From Fimicolochytrium jonesii (taxonomy: Eukaryota), in assembly GCF_025526975.1 (NCBI RefSeq), contig NW_026515680.1, forward strand, positions 310,001-374,000: a stretch of 64,000 nucleotides of DNA, given 5' to 3'. Positions 63,374-64,000 of the stretch are shown one piece after another. The notes under the pieces are model-generated. The model searched no databases, was not told where the DNA came from, and saw only the letters and a program-made list of their open reading frames with translations. The first letter of the stretch is position 1. The number at the start of each line of letters is the position of its first letter. The position numbers were made by a program, and so were the translations under genes.

Positions 63374-64000
63374 ATGTCAAAACGAAAAGCAGGCTCCGAC
63401 ATATCAACTCGGAAACCGGGCCAGGTCTCCAAGCTTCAAAGCATTCTCCCTCCATATACAAAAGTGCTTTCGACGGCCGTCGTAGCAAGCCTGTGGGCTG
63501 GTTACGGCACGATCTCTCGGATCACAGCCCAGGAAACGTCGTCGAAGCGGAAAGTGTCTTACATTCTGAAAACTGTGGAGGCCGATCGGGGTGACCCGAA
63601 GGACGAAGGTCACAATCGGAAAGTCACCTCGTATAAGGTTGAAGGGACGTTTTACGAGAAGGAGCAGTTTGCAAAGTCTCTGAAAAATAGCCTCGTCGGG
63701 GAGGTGCCTATCCCTGAGCCACTGGCTGTGCGTATGAGTAGTGGGGATCGGGACGGGTTCAGCTTGGGAATACTGATGTCGGACCTACACCCCGTGTATA
63801 GTCGCTCATCCTCCTCGCTCGATTTTGCGGACGCATGCTCGGCGTTGACTTGGCTGGCCCGGTTTCATGCCCATTTCTGGGGTTCTGAGCCTTCCCGTTC
63901 CCCCACCGACGCAAAAGGCACTCTATCGCCGTCAGGAATATGGAAAGAGGGCTCATATTGGCACCTGGGAACGAGAACGGCAGAGTTCGAGAGCATACCG
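63374..64000 (+). CDS. APH/choline/ecdysteroid-kinase-like phosphotransferase, 3' end outside the window
   Basis: Open frame from ATG 63374 to the window end: ASLWAGYGTISRI...YILK...DEGHNRKVTSYKVEGTFY...ILMSDL...ALTWLARFHAHFWG...GSYWHLGTR. Confidence 0.8.
   Translation, partial: MSKRKAGSDISTRKPGQVSKLQSILPPYTKVLSTAVVASLWAGYGTISRITAQETSSKRKVSYILKTVEADRGDPKDEGHNRKVTSYKVEGTFYEKEQFAKSLKNSLVGEVPIPEPLAVRMSSGDRDGFSLGILMSDLHPVYSRSSSSLDFADACSALTWLARFHAHFWGSEPSRSPTDAKGTLSPSGIWKEGSYWHLGTRTAEFESIP

Noticed and set aside
1..64000. Transposons, viral insertions, prokaryotic defence operons, alternative genetic code
   Set aside because: No transposase, RT, integrase or capsid motifs and no long terminal or inverted repeats seen. 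The in-frame stops I examined are explained by canonical introns.

Overview
Eukaryotic, intron-rich, gene-dense fungal DNA with short GT-AG introns and roughly 50-55% GC by eye. Gene content and intron style suggest an early-diverging fungus, probably a chytrid (inference). About 25 protein-coding genes can be reconstructed by splicing the ORF fragments. In order: glycogen debranching enzyme (runs off the left edge), ORMDL/Orm1, Rsm22/METTL17, a PsuG-PsuK fusion, a small coiled-coil protein, an Ndt80-family transcription factor, Ypd1 HPt, Mgm101, Orc4, Tpt1, a hotdog thioesterase, Chl1/DDX11, a Tse2-like ADP-ribosyltransferase, an F-box/WD40 protein, a Kin1/MARK kinase, a secreted Cys-rich GPI-type protein with a heptad-repeat stalk, a membrane protein, a Dabb barrel, Mon2, FAM32A, an NDUFAF4-like protein, Rer1, Ptc7, Trs120, and an APH/EcKL-like kinase (runs off the right edge). 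I found no rRNA, tRNA, CRISPR array or transposon. The most interesting element is an intact, spliced Tse2-type ART toxin-fold gene with a mitochondrial-presequence-like N-terminus, head-to-head with an intronless F-box/WD40 gene; this is a speculative toxin/antidote or organellar ADP-ribosylation module. Family calls come from recalled motifs, not database searches, and several gene ends are approximate.
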